DNA from: Terriglobia bacterium
GTDB lineage: Bacteria; Acidobacteriota; Terriglobia; 20CM-2-55-15
Assembly: GCA_965198225.1 (NCBI GenBank)
Contig: CBDAOY010000005.1
Location: 128,001 to 192,000 of the forward strand
Direction: 5' to 3'
DNA length: 64,000 bases
The translations under genes were made by a program, and so were the position numbers. Shown piece by piece: positions 25,882 to 36,721 of the stretch (position 1 is its first letter; each line of letters starts with the position of its first letter). The notes under the pieces were generated by a model. It saw only the letters and a program-made list of their open reading frames with translations. It searched no databases and was not told the DNA's origin.

Positions 25882-28800
25882 TCAGGCTGTCCCGGTACCG
25901 ATGATCCGTTGGGCTATGGGTACGTCTGCGGGGATCGTACCCTTTTCCACAAAGTCCTTCGGCGGAAAGTCGGGCGAATCTTCGAGCACGCGAACGTCGA
26001 GGATAGCAGTGGGCTCTGCGCCGGCGATGTCGTCACCGCCGAGGGCGCGCGAAGCCTCCAGGAAGACCATCAGGCTGAGGTTTCGCAGGTTCTGGTTTGG
26101 ACAGTAGACCGCTGTGAGCTTTTCGTTGAATGTGGATGTAAGCTCGAGGCCAAACTTCGACAGGGATTCCAGAGCCTCTTCGGGATCCCGACCTCCCTGT
26201 TCGACAAAGTTCGCCATCTCAACGCCCGCCCCCACGGCATTACGGATCACACGGTTCTCCAAACGCAGCAAGAGTTGGCGGAGGTGAGGGAGATTGGGTC
26301 CTCCGTAAGACAGCGCCTCGCGGCGCAGGTCGTCCAATTGATCAGCCTCATAGAAACCGGCGAACTTGGCCAGCTTCCCGGCATTGGACAGCATTTCGTG
26401 GGTTTGCTGCATGGCGAACCGCATCCGGGCCTCGGTCGCGGGGTGGTGGGCCAGCGTCGCCAGAATGTCGTGCCCGGCCCTCGTGTCGTCGTAGCTCCAG
26501 TAGACGTCGGTGTCGCGGTTCATTTCGAGAACGCCGGAGGATGTCACGCGGGCGGCCGTTGAAAAGGGCAGGCTGGAGTACAGCAGGACAACCGGGGCCG
26601 GTCCGCTAATCTCCGTATAATTCTTGGCGCTCTGGAAATAGCAGAAAGGGATCAGTTGTCTGAGCGCTTTCTGAATGTTCCGCGACATCTGCATGTATAC
26701 CTTGTCGTTCTTGTTCTTGGGAGCCTTGAGCCAGTTAGCGAGCACCTTGCCGGGCAGCCCCACTTCGAGCGAGAACAGCGTATCGCCGATTTCGGCCGTC
26801 CCGTTGTCTTTGAGTTCGTCGGTGAACTTGTCGAGCGAGGACACCCAGAAATCCAGTGAAGCCTTCTCCGGCGAATACGGCGCGAATTCGTTACGGAAGT
26901 AGCTGGGCACGATCGGCTGCAATTGACGCCTGAGTTGCGCTGTTCCCATGTTGTTGAATGCCTGTCGGAAGACATAGCTGGTGGTGGCGGCGGGCGCCCG
27001 GTCCTCTTCGCTTCCGAAGTAGCGCACGTTCACCCCTGGGAACGTCGACAGGTCCATCGTCGCGGCAAACGCCGTCTTCCAGCGTCCTTTGCGGGTGACT
27101 TCGTCCGAGTCGTCGAGGTCGTAGACGAACACCCGCCCCCTTTGCTCCTGGATCTCCATCTTCGCGAAAGACTTGTTGAGCTTGTCGGTCGTTGAGGTGA
27201 AATACGGCATGCTGAGCTGCAGGTGGCTCTGACGCTCAATCTGATGTGTGAAGACGGCTTCCTGGATTGTCACGGCGGGGTCCGTGAGCAGGTTCCTGAA
27301 ATTGCCGTCGATAGCTTCGGAAAGCAGGTCGGCCATCCTGCCGTTAGTGCCGAGGTCCAGGGTGGCGTCAATCAGCGCGGTCCTGGTGGTGGACTTCTGG
27401 TAGCTGTATGCGATCGAAAAACCGTAGGTCCGGTTGAGCGCCTTCACTCCCTCCTCGTAGAGCTTGTCCGCTTTCTTGAGGATCTCGTCGATGGCGCTCC
27501 GGATCTCCTCGAGCTTCAGCTTGTCGATCGGTCCCTTGAGGAACTCCGCGAGCTTGTTCTTGAGCCTGGTGTCCATCGCGTCGTAGTCGGTCTTCCGGAT
27601 GACGTCGATGCTGAATTTGTCGTTTACATATTTGACCAGCTCATCGATTACCTCACCGTCCAGAATCTTCTTGGCAGTCTTGGAAGCGTCGCGAACAGCT
27701 TCGAACTCCTTGGTGTTCACAAGGATGTCAACCAGGCTCTTCGAGGCGATCGTGGAAAGCCACCGGCCGGTCGGCGTGTCGAAGTAGTCGACCCGTCCAA
27801 TAGCGTCGCGGATCGTGTCCGACACCTTCTGTTTGTCGTCGCCGGCCAGGGCGTCAAGGGCACTACGGAACTCTTTCGCGGCTTTAGGACTGGTCCCGGA
27901 AAGCGTGGACCAGAGTAGTGACGAAGCGCGGTTCCCCAGGTTGTCCCACTCGTCCAGGAAGCCTTTGACCCGCTCGTGAGCTTCGGTGTAGATCTTTTCC
28001 ACGTCGATGCCCGCCTCGTCCTTCAGCTTCTTCTCGGCGAAGTCGACCAGGAATTCGCTGGCCAGGCTCTCCAGCGAGCGATCAGGATCGACCCACTTCC
28101 GAACGAGCTTCAGGTCTTCGACAATCTGCGGTCCGCTCACGCCGAATATGCCCGAGATGAAGTCGTCCATTTGTGCCGGCAGGAGCTTGCCGGTGTCACC
28201 GGTGACGTTCACCCCCGCATTGAGCGCGAAGTTCCAACCCTTCTTCCGCAGCTTGTAGAGTCGCATTCGGATCCTGTTCTGGTCTGGGTCGAATGACTCC
28301 CGCCCGACAACCAGAGCAAACTTGCCGGAGGCGTTGAAGCCAAGAGCGACCGAGGCGGCCGACTGGATGCGAAGGCCGACCTCGCCGGAAAGTCCCTTGA
28401 GTCCAACATTACGAATCCAGTTGTATTGATAACCGAACTGGGCGCCCAACTTGACGCCCACGCTCGCGTTGACCTCGGTCATGATCCACGTTCCGGGGTC
28501 CAGGCCCTTGGCCGGAACCTGCCTGGGGACCCGCCAACTGGCCAGGGTGTCGGCGACAGCGGTAGCCGCTTTAGGGTCTTCCTTGAAAGCCCGCACGACC
28601 GCAAAGAAAGCGTCCTTCTTGCCCTCCACCCCAAACGTGGCGGTGGCGCCCGGGGCCAGCGCGATCGACCCGGAAGCCTTGCCGCTCAGCTTGTATCCCC
28701 AATTGAGGGCCAGGTAGCGGGCTGCGCCGATAGCGTCCAGGTTCAGGCCGTCGATCGCCGGATTGCGAAGCGCGAGGTCGTTCATGACCTCCTGCTGAGA

Positions 28801-29091
28801 GGAGTAGACGCCCAGACCGGTGAACGCCTGAGCTCCAAACCCGAAAGAGATCGATCCCCTGTCACCATTCGAGAACTCCAGGTCGTGCTCTCCGGATACG
28901 CCGGCGCTGATCTTTCCCAACACGATGGGGCCCGCAGGGAACGGCTCGTTGTTCAGCAGGGCGAGCGCCACATTCTTGTCCTTCGTGGCGTCGATTTCGA
29001 CATTCACGTCGACGTCACCGTCCAGGAAGTCCTTGGTCTTGGTGAAGACAAATCTTGTATCCGAAATGCGAGCTAGTGCAGGGGTTGCCAT
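25882..29091 (-). CDS. Large hypothetical protein (1069 aa), beta-strand-rich N-terminal third
   Basis: Long ORF with AGGAGAAAGG RBS and coding-like composition; no motif recognised. Confidence 0.85.
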   Translation of the reverse strand: MATPALARISDTRFVFTKTKDFLDGDVDVNVEIDATKDKNVALALLNNEPFPAGPIVLGKISAGVSGEHDLEFSNGDRGSISFGFGAQAFTGLGVYSSQQEVMNDLALRNPAIDGLNLDAIGAARYLALNWGYKLSGKASGSIALAPGATATFGVEGKKDAFFAVVRAFKEDPKAATAVADTLASWRVPRQVPAKGLDPGTWIMTEVNASVGVKLGAQFGYQYNWIRNVGLKGLSGEVGLRIQSAASVALGFNASGKFALVVGRESFDPDQNRIRMRLYKLRKKGWNFALNAGVNVTGDTGKLLPAQMDDFISGIFGVSGPQIVEDLKLVRKWVDPDRSLESLASEFLVDFAEKKLKDEAGIDVEKIYTEAHERVKGFLDEWDNLGNRASSLLWSTLSGTSPKAAKEFRSALDALAGDDKQKVSDTIRDAIGRVDYFDTPTGRWLSTIASKSLVDILVNTKEFEAVRDASKTAKKILDGEVIDELVKYVNDKFSIDVIRKTDYDAMDTRLKNKLAEFLKGPIDKLKLEEIRSAIDEILKKADKLYEEGVKALNRTYGFSIAYSYQKSTTRTALIDATLDLGTNGRMADLLSEAIDGNFRNLLTDPAVTIQEAVFTHQIERQSHLQLSMPYFTSTTDKLNKSFAKMEIQEQRGRVFVYDLDDSDEVTRKGRWKTAFAATMDLSTFPGVNVRYFGSEEDRAPAATTSYVFRQAFNNMGTAQLRRQLQPIVPSYFRNEFAPYSPEKASLDFWVSSLDKFTDELKDNGTAEIGDTLFSLEVGLPGKVLANWLKAPKNKNDKVYMQMSRNIQKALRQLIPFCYFQSAKNYTEISGPAPVVLLYSSLPFSTAARVTSSGVLEMNRDTDVYWSYDDTRAGHDILATLAHHPATEARMRFAMQQTHEMLSNAGKLAKFAGFYEADQLDDLRREALSYGGPNLPHLRQLLLRLENRVIRNAVGAGVEMANFVEQGGRDPEEALESLSKFGLELTSTFNEKLTAVYCPNQNLRNLSLMVFLEASRALGGDDIAGAEPTAILDVRVLEDSPDFPPKDFVEKGTIPADVPIAQRIIGTGTA

Positions 29092-29534
29092 TGCCTTTCT
29101 CCTACCAGATCCTTTTCGAGAACTGGAAGTCGGTCGTTAGAGAGATCGAATACATGCCGGAGCAGGTTAGAGTCGACCGGAGCCGGGTTCTCGGCGAACG
29201 CGGGCTCCGGTGTTGACAGAAATGACGCTGCTTTTCTTTTGCCGCAAGCGTTCGTGCTCAGCTTTCCGGCCGCACGCACCTTTCAGAGTGCTCCCCACGG
29301 CGAATCGTTCCTTTGGCTCATCATGGAGTCATCCGTCCCCACCCTCGACGCCGACATCCGTCCTGTGTCAAAGACGACGCCCACCTCGAGAGGGAGAACG
29401 CATTAGCCGAGGCGGGCCTCTAGCGGAATGGAGGTTTTGTCCCTTCACCGAAAAAGACGTAAGCGATCGGTGAAACCGTGCAAACAAAAGACGAAGCCAG
29501 GGTGACCGCCTAGCGGCTTAGTCCGAAGACACGA

Positions 29535-29841
29535 TCAAGGAGAAGCATTGAAAACAGGGCGCCGCCGAGCACCTGACGTGATCCGACGCTGACGTCCTTG
29601 TTTGCCAGGAAGGTGAAGTCGCCGATCGTAAACCGTCGGGCGGCTGTCTGGCCGACGAAGTCGACCGACCTGGGGTTTCCGGTATCGTGGATCCGTACGG
29701 AATACGCGAAAGCCTTGAGGTGGGAATTCAGTCAGGGTCGCCGGGTCGAATGCCCAACGCAAGTGCACGCCCGTGTCCATACGTGCGTCGCCCGCGCTCC
29801 CTACCGCGGCGGCGCCGAACAGATCGGTTTGCGTATTCGCC
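29535..29841 (-). pseudogene. Probable N-terminal fragment of a larger protein
   Basis: VANTQTDLFG..GVHLRWAFDP..EFPPQGFRVFR after a GAGAGGGG RBS, then degenerates. Confidence 0.4.
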
Positions 29842-30028
29842 ACAGGGCACCCCCTCTCTGTCGACTCAAAGGCAGGGCATCGTATCACCGATAGTAAATG
29901 GAACTTTGCCTTCTGGAGGCACGAAACAGCGATGGGCATAGGGCGTTCGATGATCTGCACGCGCCGCGTTAATCAAGGTTCGCGAACCGGCTGGCGTATT
30001 CAGGAGCGGATAGCGACAACTTGCTTGC

Positions 30029-30652
30029 TCAGGTTCGCCGGGCTTCGTCCACTTTGGTCCGCAATCGTTTTCCCCCTGCTCGATCCATTTCGGGCAAACC
30101 ACGGGGTGGACCAAAATAGCGATGACTCTGTTCTAGATACTTACGATACTCTTCACCAAAATAGCCTTCCAGCTGCCTTTCCTCCTCCAGGAAATACAAC
30201 TCAAGTCTCATCCAGAATATTGCTGTGAGAAGGAGGGCGAATCCGGATTTGCCCGCCGTCGATATGCCCAACAAAAACAATAACCATCCGACATTCTGAG
30301 GATTCCGACTCCAACGATATATTCCATTCGTCACCAACCCATCGTGAAGCCTTCCATTCATGCGCTGCAATGACCCGAAAGCGGCGATGCCCGATACAAA
30401 CAGGAGAACACCAATTCCACTCAACAAACACCCGATGGTGAAAGCGATTCCGTTGTTGACCGGCAACGGCCACAATCCCCATGTCGCCGCGACCGCGGTG
30501 AGCCCCAGATGCCCTCCGTACACGAGCCAAACGACGCTGGCAGTACTCACCGACAACCCCCTTGCTTGCCCATGCTCTTTGAGAACCCGCTTTCCGCCCC
30601 AATAAGCGAGTACTCCAACAAACGCTGATCCGACCGATAACCAGATAACCAT
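30029..30652 (-). CDS. Isoprenylcysteine carboxylmethyltransferase/PEMT-like membrane protein
   Basis: LVTNGIYRWSRNPQ, EEERQL..FGEEYRKY. Confidence 0.85.
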   Translation of the reverse strand: MVIWLSVGSAFVGVLAYWGGKRVLKEHGQARGLSVSTASVVWLVYGGHLGLTAVAATWGLWPLPVNNGIAFTIGCLLSGIGVLLFVSGIAAFGSLQRMNGRLHDGLVTNGIYRWSRNPQNVGWLLFLLGISTAGKSGFALLLTAIFWMRLELYFLEEERQLEGYFGEEYRKYLEQSHRYFGPPRGLPEMDRAGGKRLRTKVDEARRT

Positions 30653-30866
30653 GCTGACCTCAGGCGCCTCTAACGAACAGGTTTCTGTCCGCGGTGCGGG
30701 AACGCAAAGTCCCCGGAGCAAGTACGGATTGGCATTGAGGGTGAAGCCTTGCTCGAATGAGCCGGGTGGTTAGGACGCCAACCCCTCCTATGCGGCCATC
30801 GCGACAACTCGCCACTACCCCCAGACTGAGGTCACGGCGGCCGTCGGGAACTCGGACGCTGTCGGG

Positions 30867-31450
30867 CTAACCGTGTCGCAGCGCCTCGGTGGGATCGACC
30901 CGGAGAGCCCCACGGGCCGGTCCGAGTACCGCGAGCATGCCGACTACAATCATGAGCGCCGCAGCGGCGGGGAGGACACCGGGATGTTCCAGCCACCCAT
31001 CTCTTCGACCGGCAAATAATAGCCGACTATGAGCGCCACTACAACGCCGCCGCACGCCCCGACCGCGACCTGGCCCAGCTCCCGTCCGAGGATGCCCGCC
31101 AGCAGGCGTCGTGGTTGCGCCCCCAGGGCCGACCGAATCCCGATCTCCTGCCGACGCTGGTTGACGGTGAAAGACATGAACGCGTAGGTGCCGGCTGCCG
31201 AGAGGAGGAGAACAGCCAGCGTCACTGTCACGAGTGCGAAAGCCCCCAGATATTTACCCAACGCCTGCTGGCGGTAGATTTCATCCAGCGTGCGGAGATC
31301 GTCCGCGCGCAGGGTCGGGTCCAGCGCCGTGGTGATCTCCCGGAGCCCGCCGGCCACGCCGGTCGCGTTGGCCGTGCGCAGTGTGATGTTCAGCGGGTGG
31401 ATCTGTCCGGGCACCGCGGGATGATACATCGTGCGTACGGCTTTGTTCGA
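30867..31450 (-). pseudogene. 3' fragment of a divergent ADOP permease, frameshifted
   Basis: QRRQEIGIRSALGAQP in one frame and GPARGALRVDPTEALRHG in another; most of the 5' part is missing. Confidence 0.8.
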
Positions 31451-31589
31451 GTCGAGGTCCGCCACGAGTCCCCTGGTTGACGATGAGGGCGTTCTCGCCG
31501 ACCTGAATGAGAGAGACGTGGAAGAGGGTCGGCATCCGAGTACAACACTCATCGCAACGACAACCTGGGAGAAAGGTGGGCGCCCGGGC

Positions 31590-31946
31590 CTACAACCGCA
31601 TTGGTATCGGCTTGAGCTCTCTCCGAAAAGGATCGAGGATCAACCCGAATCCTTCCATCGTTGTCGCTCCAAGCAACGGGGAGTCCCCCTCTTCTCCAAA
31701 GATGACGAGCGAATCTCCGCGCTGTCCCCGGTATACGAACACAGCGGTTCCAACATCCCGGGCAACGAGCTCTCCGTTGGCAAGAACGAACTCGCGACGG
31801 GAATGGGGTTCAATTCCAAGATCCTGGAGAACCTCGCGTGAGACGAGGGTGTACATGGCGCCCGAATCAACGAGGAACTCGACGGAAACGCGACGGTCAG
31901 GATTCACCGGGTTCGCAACGAAGGCTTTGACTGTGGTGAGACCCAT
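31590..31946 (-). CDS. Clan AA aspartyl protease-like small protein
   Basis: FLVDSGAMYT, LANG, PLLGATTMEGFGLILDP. Confidence 0.88.
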   Translation of the reverse strand: MGLTTVKAFVANPVNPDRRVSVEFLVDSGAMYTLVSREVLQDLGIEPHSRREFVLANGELVARDVGTAVFVYRGQRGDSLVIFGEEGDSPLLGATTMEGFGLILDPFRRELKPIPMRL

Positions 31947-32066
31947 CGTACCTCCAAATGGGTTGCGGAAGGGCGTACTCAGAATAGCATAACGGCGTCA
32001 CCCCCCGGGGGATGCGAACAGTCCCAATACCATGTCCTGCAAACAGCTCTCCATTGTTCCACCCAC

Positions 32067-32136
32067 GTGTAGGTACGGTCTATGACCGCACAATCGTATC
32101 GAACCGGAAGATGTGCGGTCATAGACCGCACCTACA
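32067..32136. repeat. REPIN, ~70 bp
   Basis: gtgtaggtacggtctatgaccgcac ... gtgcggtcatagaccgcacctaca. Confidence 0.88.
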
Positions 32137-32180
32137 GTTCCATATGGCAGCGGCACTCGGACGACGGCGATTGGGGCCGG

Positions 32181-32810
32181 CTATGGTCGGCATCTGGACT
32201 GCATCCATTGACGGATCTCTGGTAGTTCCCGTTCAAGGTCGATCGTATGTGGCTTCGGGAATTCCCGGTAATCTATTCTGAAACCTCCGGTGTTGAGTCG
32301 CCGGATTTGTTCACGGGTGCTTGCCACAGGCAGCAGTTCATCTTCAGTGCCGTGCGTTATGAGCCAGTCTCCTTGATTCACCTCTGGGTTCAGTTCTCGT
32401 AGAAGTGCTTCAGGATCGTACACGTATCCGCTGATCCCGATATAGCCTGCCAGACGGCGTGCGTGCCTCGCTGCAAATTCGAGAGTCAGGAGACAGCCCT
32501 GCGAGAATCCGAAAAGAAAAGTCCGCTCCGGCAAATACCCGTCGTTCTCCGTCTGCGTAAGCACCTCCTCGAGCAGCGTTCGGGACCGGACGATTCCAGG
32601 AAGCTGATCCGGTGGCAGGTCGTACCAGCTGAAGCCCACGTAGTAGGCGTTGGGTGCGCTGAGCAGAAGGAAGTCCAGGGAATCGATTGCGAGTGCCTCC
32701 TGCAACCAGAGAAAGCCATTCGCCGAATCGCCACGTCCATGCAACACAACTACCAGTTGTTTGGTGGACAAACGCGCCGGCTGCCATACATGTGCAAGCG
32801 GTAGATTCAT
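32181..32810 (-). CDS. Phospholipase/carboxylesterase (Abhydrolase_2)
   Basis: LHGRGD, GFSQG, HGTEDELL, H near the C-terminus. Confidence 0.9.
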   Translation of the reverse strand: MNLPLAHVWQPARLSTKQLVVVLHGRGDSANGFLWLQEALAIDSLDFLLLSAPNAYYVGFSWYDLPPDQLPGIVRSRTLLEEVLTQTENDGYLPERTFLFGFSQGCLLTLEFAARHARRLAGYIGISGYVYDPEALLRELNPEVNQGDWLITHGTEDELLPVASTREQIRRLNTGGFRIDYREFPKPHTIDLERELPEIRQWMQSRCRP

Positions 32811-33128
32811 TCTCTCTCGACCGAAGCATCCGATCTCGATGCGTGCAGGACCGATTGGCAGACTCTGCCGAGGTTTCCTGAGGCCGCGATTAATTCCTCA
32901 AACCTCTGAGAAGTTGGCTTGGCATTCCTCACCTGCCAAGGTTAACCCGGGTATGCCGCGCAAAAATTGAGCGAAGTCTTCGCAATCTTGTCAGCATTCA
33001 ACCAGGGGGTTCTCGTACTTTGGGATTCTGTTTGTCCCTAGTCTCCTCCCGTGATTAGATTCTTGCGGAAGCCAGCAGGTGTCTGGAAATACAGAACAAG
33101 CGGAAGAGCGTTCCGCGGGGGATCGTGG

Positions 33129-33659
33129 GTGGATACAGAGAACCGCGAAGTCCGGATTGAGCGTGGGACCGAGCGAGACGTTCCAGTCATTCTGCGCTTG
33201 ATCAAGGGCCTTGCAGAATACGAAGAGCTTTCCGGGGAAGTGACCGCCACTGAGGAAGGACTACGGGAGTCTCTTTTCGGGAGGAACCCGGCTGCCGAGG
33301 TGCTCATCGCCTACGTCGATACCGAGCCGGTCGGTTTTGCAGTCTTCTTTCAGACTTATTCCACTTTCCTTGGCCGTCAGGGTCTGTACCTGGAAGATCT
33401 GTTCGTATTGCCACAGTGGAGGAAGCGAGGATATGGCCGGCAGCTGTTGGCGCGCGTGGCAATGATAGCCGTGGAGCGTGGATGCGGTCGCATGGAGTGG
33501 TCGGTACTCGACTGGAATCAACCGGCCGTGCGACTCTACAGGAGCCTTGGTGCGCGGGCCATGGATCAATGGACCGTTTACCGGCTGACTGGAGACGATC
33601 TTCAGCGGCTCGCTTCGGGTAGCGACACTGAGCCTGTTTCGCCAGACGAGGCTGGATAG
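33129..33659 (+). CDS. GNAT acetyltransferase, diamine/spermidine acetyltransferase-like
   Basis: LAEYE, YSTFLG..GLYLEDLFV..RKRGYG, WSVLDWN; GTG start inferred. Confidence 0.88.
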   Translation: MDTENREVRIERGTERDVPVILRLIKGLAEYEELSGEVTATEEGLRESLFGRNPAAEVLIAYVDTEPVGFAVFFQTYSTFLGRQGLYLEDLFVLPQWRKRGYGRQLLARVAMIAVERGCGRMEWSVLDWNQPAVRLYRSLGARAMDQWTVYRLTGDDLQRLASGSDTEPVSPDEAG

Positions 33660-33686
33660 CGGGCAATTGGAGTTGCGACTTACTCC

Positions 33687-34166
33687 TTACGCCATACTCT
33701 TGGCAGCCGACCGCTGCTTCACTTTCAGGGTAATGCCGCCGGTTATCGCTGCGAGAACTACGGCGATAACCATCCACGACCCGAAATTCAGCATCGGCAG
33801 CAGCAGGTATCCTTGCAACGGCGTTACGCCTTCGCCGACCGGTCCCAGGCTATCGGTCTGAAAACGCAAGCTGTCGATCTGATAGACGTAACCCAGAACA
33901 TAAGTGATGGCCACAGCCACGCGGACGGGTACGGCCCACATCACTGTAGTCTTGATAAGCGTAACGAAAGGCTTTTCGAATCCCAGTTCGAGAATCTTTA
34001 TCGCGAAGTAGACCGGAAACAGCATGTGCAGCCAGGCCACGCCGAAAATCATACTCACGGCGGTGGGCGCGCCAAACACTTCCACGGTTGCACGGACGAG
34101 GGTCACCGCAAGCGCGATCAGAATAGGCATCTTGATGAGTTTGATGAGATCGCTTCTGTCAGCCAT
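33687..34166 (-). CDS. Four-TM hypothetical membrane protein
   Basis: Hydrophobic segments; AAGGAG RBS. Confidence 0.75.
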   Translation of the reverse strand: MADRSDLIKLIKMPILIALAVTLVRATVEVFGAPTAVSMIFGVAWLHMLFPVYFAIKILELGFEKPFVTLIKTTVMWAVPVRVAVAITYVLGYVYQIDSLRFQTDSLGPVGEGVTPLQGYLLLPMLNFGSWMVIAVVLAAITGGITLKVKQRSAAKSMA

Positions 34167-34352
34167 TCCTACAGCTCCTTATCGTTGGTCAGATTTGGGC
34201 GTAACTCAACCACCGACGCCCCGGACATTTGAGGACTTATTCCACCCGTAAATAAGACTACAGAAAAAAGTTGGGGTCAATTGAGTCTCTTTCCAGTTTG
34301 AAGAAATCGAAAGCTTCAATTGACACCGCCTCTTTGAGGTTCGGCGGGGCAT

Positions 34353-36275
34353 CTACAGCAGCGTCATGGCGCGCCCGACTTCGTGTTCACTGCCGATCAG
34401 GAGGACGTGGTCTCCCTGCTGTAGCACGAAATCCGGCGCTGGGTTCATGAAGACTTCTTCCCCACGCTGCACGGCAATGACGGTGGCGCCGCTCTTCGAG
34501 CGGATAGCGAGCTCTCCGATGGAGGACCCGGCTGCGACGTCGCGCACCACCGCGTCGAACGGCCGTATCGAAGAGTCGGTCCGGATGCTGGGTGGCCTGG
34601 AGCCGCGCAGCGGTTCGTAGCGGTCTTGACGAATTCCGAGGATGGCTGCGTCGATCTTTGACGGATGGAATCCCAGTCTGTCGAGCAAGCGCCGCATGAT
34701 CGTCAGCGACGTCTCGAACTCTTCAGTGACGACCGTGTCGGCCCCCGCTTCGTAAAGTGGCTCGATCTCCGACTCGTAGCGAGTTCGGGCAATGATGAAG
34801 GCCGAACGGTTGAGCCGCCGGGCGGTGGCAAGGCTCCGGCGCGTTGCGACAGGGTCGGATATGGCAAATACGATCGAATTGGCGTTCCCAACGCCCACAC
34901 TCTCGAGCACAGCGTCGCTGATAGCGTCCCCGTAACGAATCGGCACGCCAGCGGCGCGTGCAGTCTTGACCCTTTTCGGATTGAGTTCGAGCGCGAAGTA
35001 CGGCAGATTGGATGCCTCGAGCAGCGACGCAACGTTCCTCCCGTTCAGCCCGTATCCGACGATGACAGTGTGATCCTTGAGCCCGGGCTCCTTGCCTTCG
35101 GTCCCGGTGGCGCGGCTGCGCCGCGTTCCGGGCACTCGCTCGGCCAGCGCCACCGCCACTGGTGAGAGAACCATCGTGACGAGGATCGTGGCCAGTATCA
35201 GTTGTTCGACGTTGCGTGCCAGCAGGGCATCCGGCTGCGCGGCGCGCAGGAGTACGATCGAGAACTCGCCGATTTGAGCCAGCAGCAGGCCGACGGCCAC
35301 GGCGATCCGGAGCGGGAAACCCAGTGCCCGGACGACACCCGTGGTGACGGCACCCTTGACAACCATTACGGCGATCGCCGCGCCGAGGATCGTCAGTGCG
35401 TTGTCGAAGATGAAACGGGGGTCGAGTAGCATCCCGATCGAAACGAAGAACAGGCTGTTGAACGTCTCGCGGAAAGGCAGCACGTCGGAGAGAACCTGAT
35501 GGCTGTACTCGGATTCGGAGATCACGAGCCCGGCAACGAACGCGCCGAGGCCCTCGCTGACGCCGAAGCGTGAGCTGGTCCAAGCGATTGCGGCCACGGT
35601 CAGGATGATCGACAGAATGAAGATGTCTCGGCTGCGCGCCTCGACCGTCTTTGAGATGAACCGGGGCACGATCGCCCGCGCAAGGAACAGGATCGCCACG
35701 ATGGCGACCACCGATACCGCAAATGTACGGGCCAGCTCGACGGCCCCCAGAGCCACGGTACCAGTGACGAACGGCAGAAAAAGCATCATCGGCACGACCG
35801 CCATGTCCTGGAACACCAGAATGGCCAGCGAGACGCTGCCCTGGGCGGACTGCGACTGGCCCCTCTCGTGCAGCAGCCGGAGGCCGATCACGGTACTGCT
35901 GAGTGCCGTCAGCATGCCCACGAACACCGCGAGTCTCATCGATCCGCCGACAAGGGAAACGGCCGCAACCGCGAGAAGCCCGGTCAGCAGGACTTGGCCG
36001 CTGCCTCCTCCAAGGACCGCCCACCGCATCTTCCGGATTTTTTCAGTGGAGAACTCCACGCCGATCGAAAACAGGAGGAGCATCACGCCAATGTTCTCCA
36101 TCCGCTGTACTTCGTCGATGGATGCAATCAGGGCCAGTCCCGACGGCCCGATGATGGCGCCGGCCACCAGGAAACCCGTGATCGTCGACAGGCGAGCGGC
36201 GCGGAAAAGGTAGGAGACGAACACAGCCGCTCCGAACAGGATGGTCAGGTCGCGAAGGAAAGTTGTGTGTTCCAT
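34353..36275 (-). CDS. CPA2 cation:proton antiporter with TrkA-N/TrkA-C domains (Kef-like)
   Basis: LLFSIGVEFS, LSST, ILVFQD, LGAFVAG, FFVSIGM, QIGEFS, IVGYGLNG. Confidence 0.93.
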   Translation of the reverse strand: MEHTTFLRDLTILFGAAVFVSYLFRAARLSTITGFLVAGAIIGPSGLALIASIDEVQRMENIGVMLLLFSIGVEFSTEKIRKMRWAVLGGGSGQVLLTGLLAVAAVSLVGGSMRLAVFVGMLTALSSTVIGLRLLHERGQSQSAQGSVSLAILVFQDMAVVPMMLFLPFVTGTVALGAVELARTFAVSVVAIVAILFLARAIVPRFISKTVEARSRDIFILSIILTVAAIAWTSSRFGVSEGLGAFVAGLVISESEYSHQVLSDVLPFRETFNSLFFVSIGMLLDPRFIFDNALTILGAAIAVMVVKGAVTTGVVRALGFPLRIAVAVGLLLAQIGEFSIVLLRAAQPDALLARNVEQLILATILVTMVLSPVAVALAERVPGTRRSRATGTEGKEPGLKDHTVIVGYGLNGRNVASLLEASNLPYFALELNPKRVKTARAAGVPIRYGDAISDAVLESVGVGNANSIVFAISDPVATRRSLATARRLNRSAFIIARTRYESEIEPLYEAGADTVVTEEFETSLTIMRRLLDRLGFHPSKIDAAILGIRQDRYEPLRGSRPPSIRTDSSIRPFDAVVRDVAAGSSIGELAIRSKSGATVIAVQRGEEVFMNPAPDFVLQQGDHVLLIGSEHEVGRAMTLL

Positions 36276-36451
36276 AACAAACCAGCCAGAGACACTGCCG
36301 CAGCCCGACTATTCTGACACGTCTTGCATTGTGGATGGTGGCAACACCGTCTATCGACTTCGGGGCGCTGCGTTGGTTCGATCATGAATCGTCCTTGTCC
36401 AAGACAGCTCTTGGAGAGCTGGACTTTGGAGAAGCCTAAGTCCTAAGGGAG

Positions 36452-36521
36452 GTGTAGGTGCGGTCTATGACCGCACACTCTGCGATCCGAAACGCTGTGC
36501 GCTCATAGAGCGCACCTACAC
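36452..36521. repeat. REPIN, 70 bp
   Basis: gtgtaggtgcggtctatgaccgcac ... gtgcgctcatagagcgcacctacac. Confidence 0.9.
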
Positions 36522-36721
36522 GTGATCTTGAGTTTCGCTCGTCTGGGGCACAGAGGCCTCTTCGGAGACTCGACGCTGCGTTTATTGATCCCAACCGGCT
36601 TATCCCGTGCTAGCCGGGTTCCTCCACAGGTTTTGGACAGCAATGGTCACGGATTGGGAAAACAGCGCTCTGAGGCTTACTTCCGGGATAAGATGACCGT
36701 CATCCTGTCGATTTCCTGGAG

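Noticed and set aside
34273-34327. ggggtcaattga...tcaattgacacc inverted repeat as a mobile element
   Set aside because: Single copy in the window; it could be a terminator or another REP class, and the evidence is insufficient.
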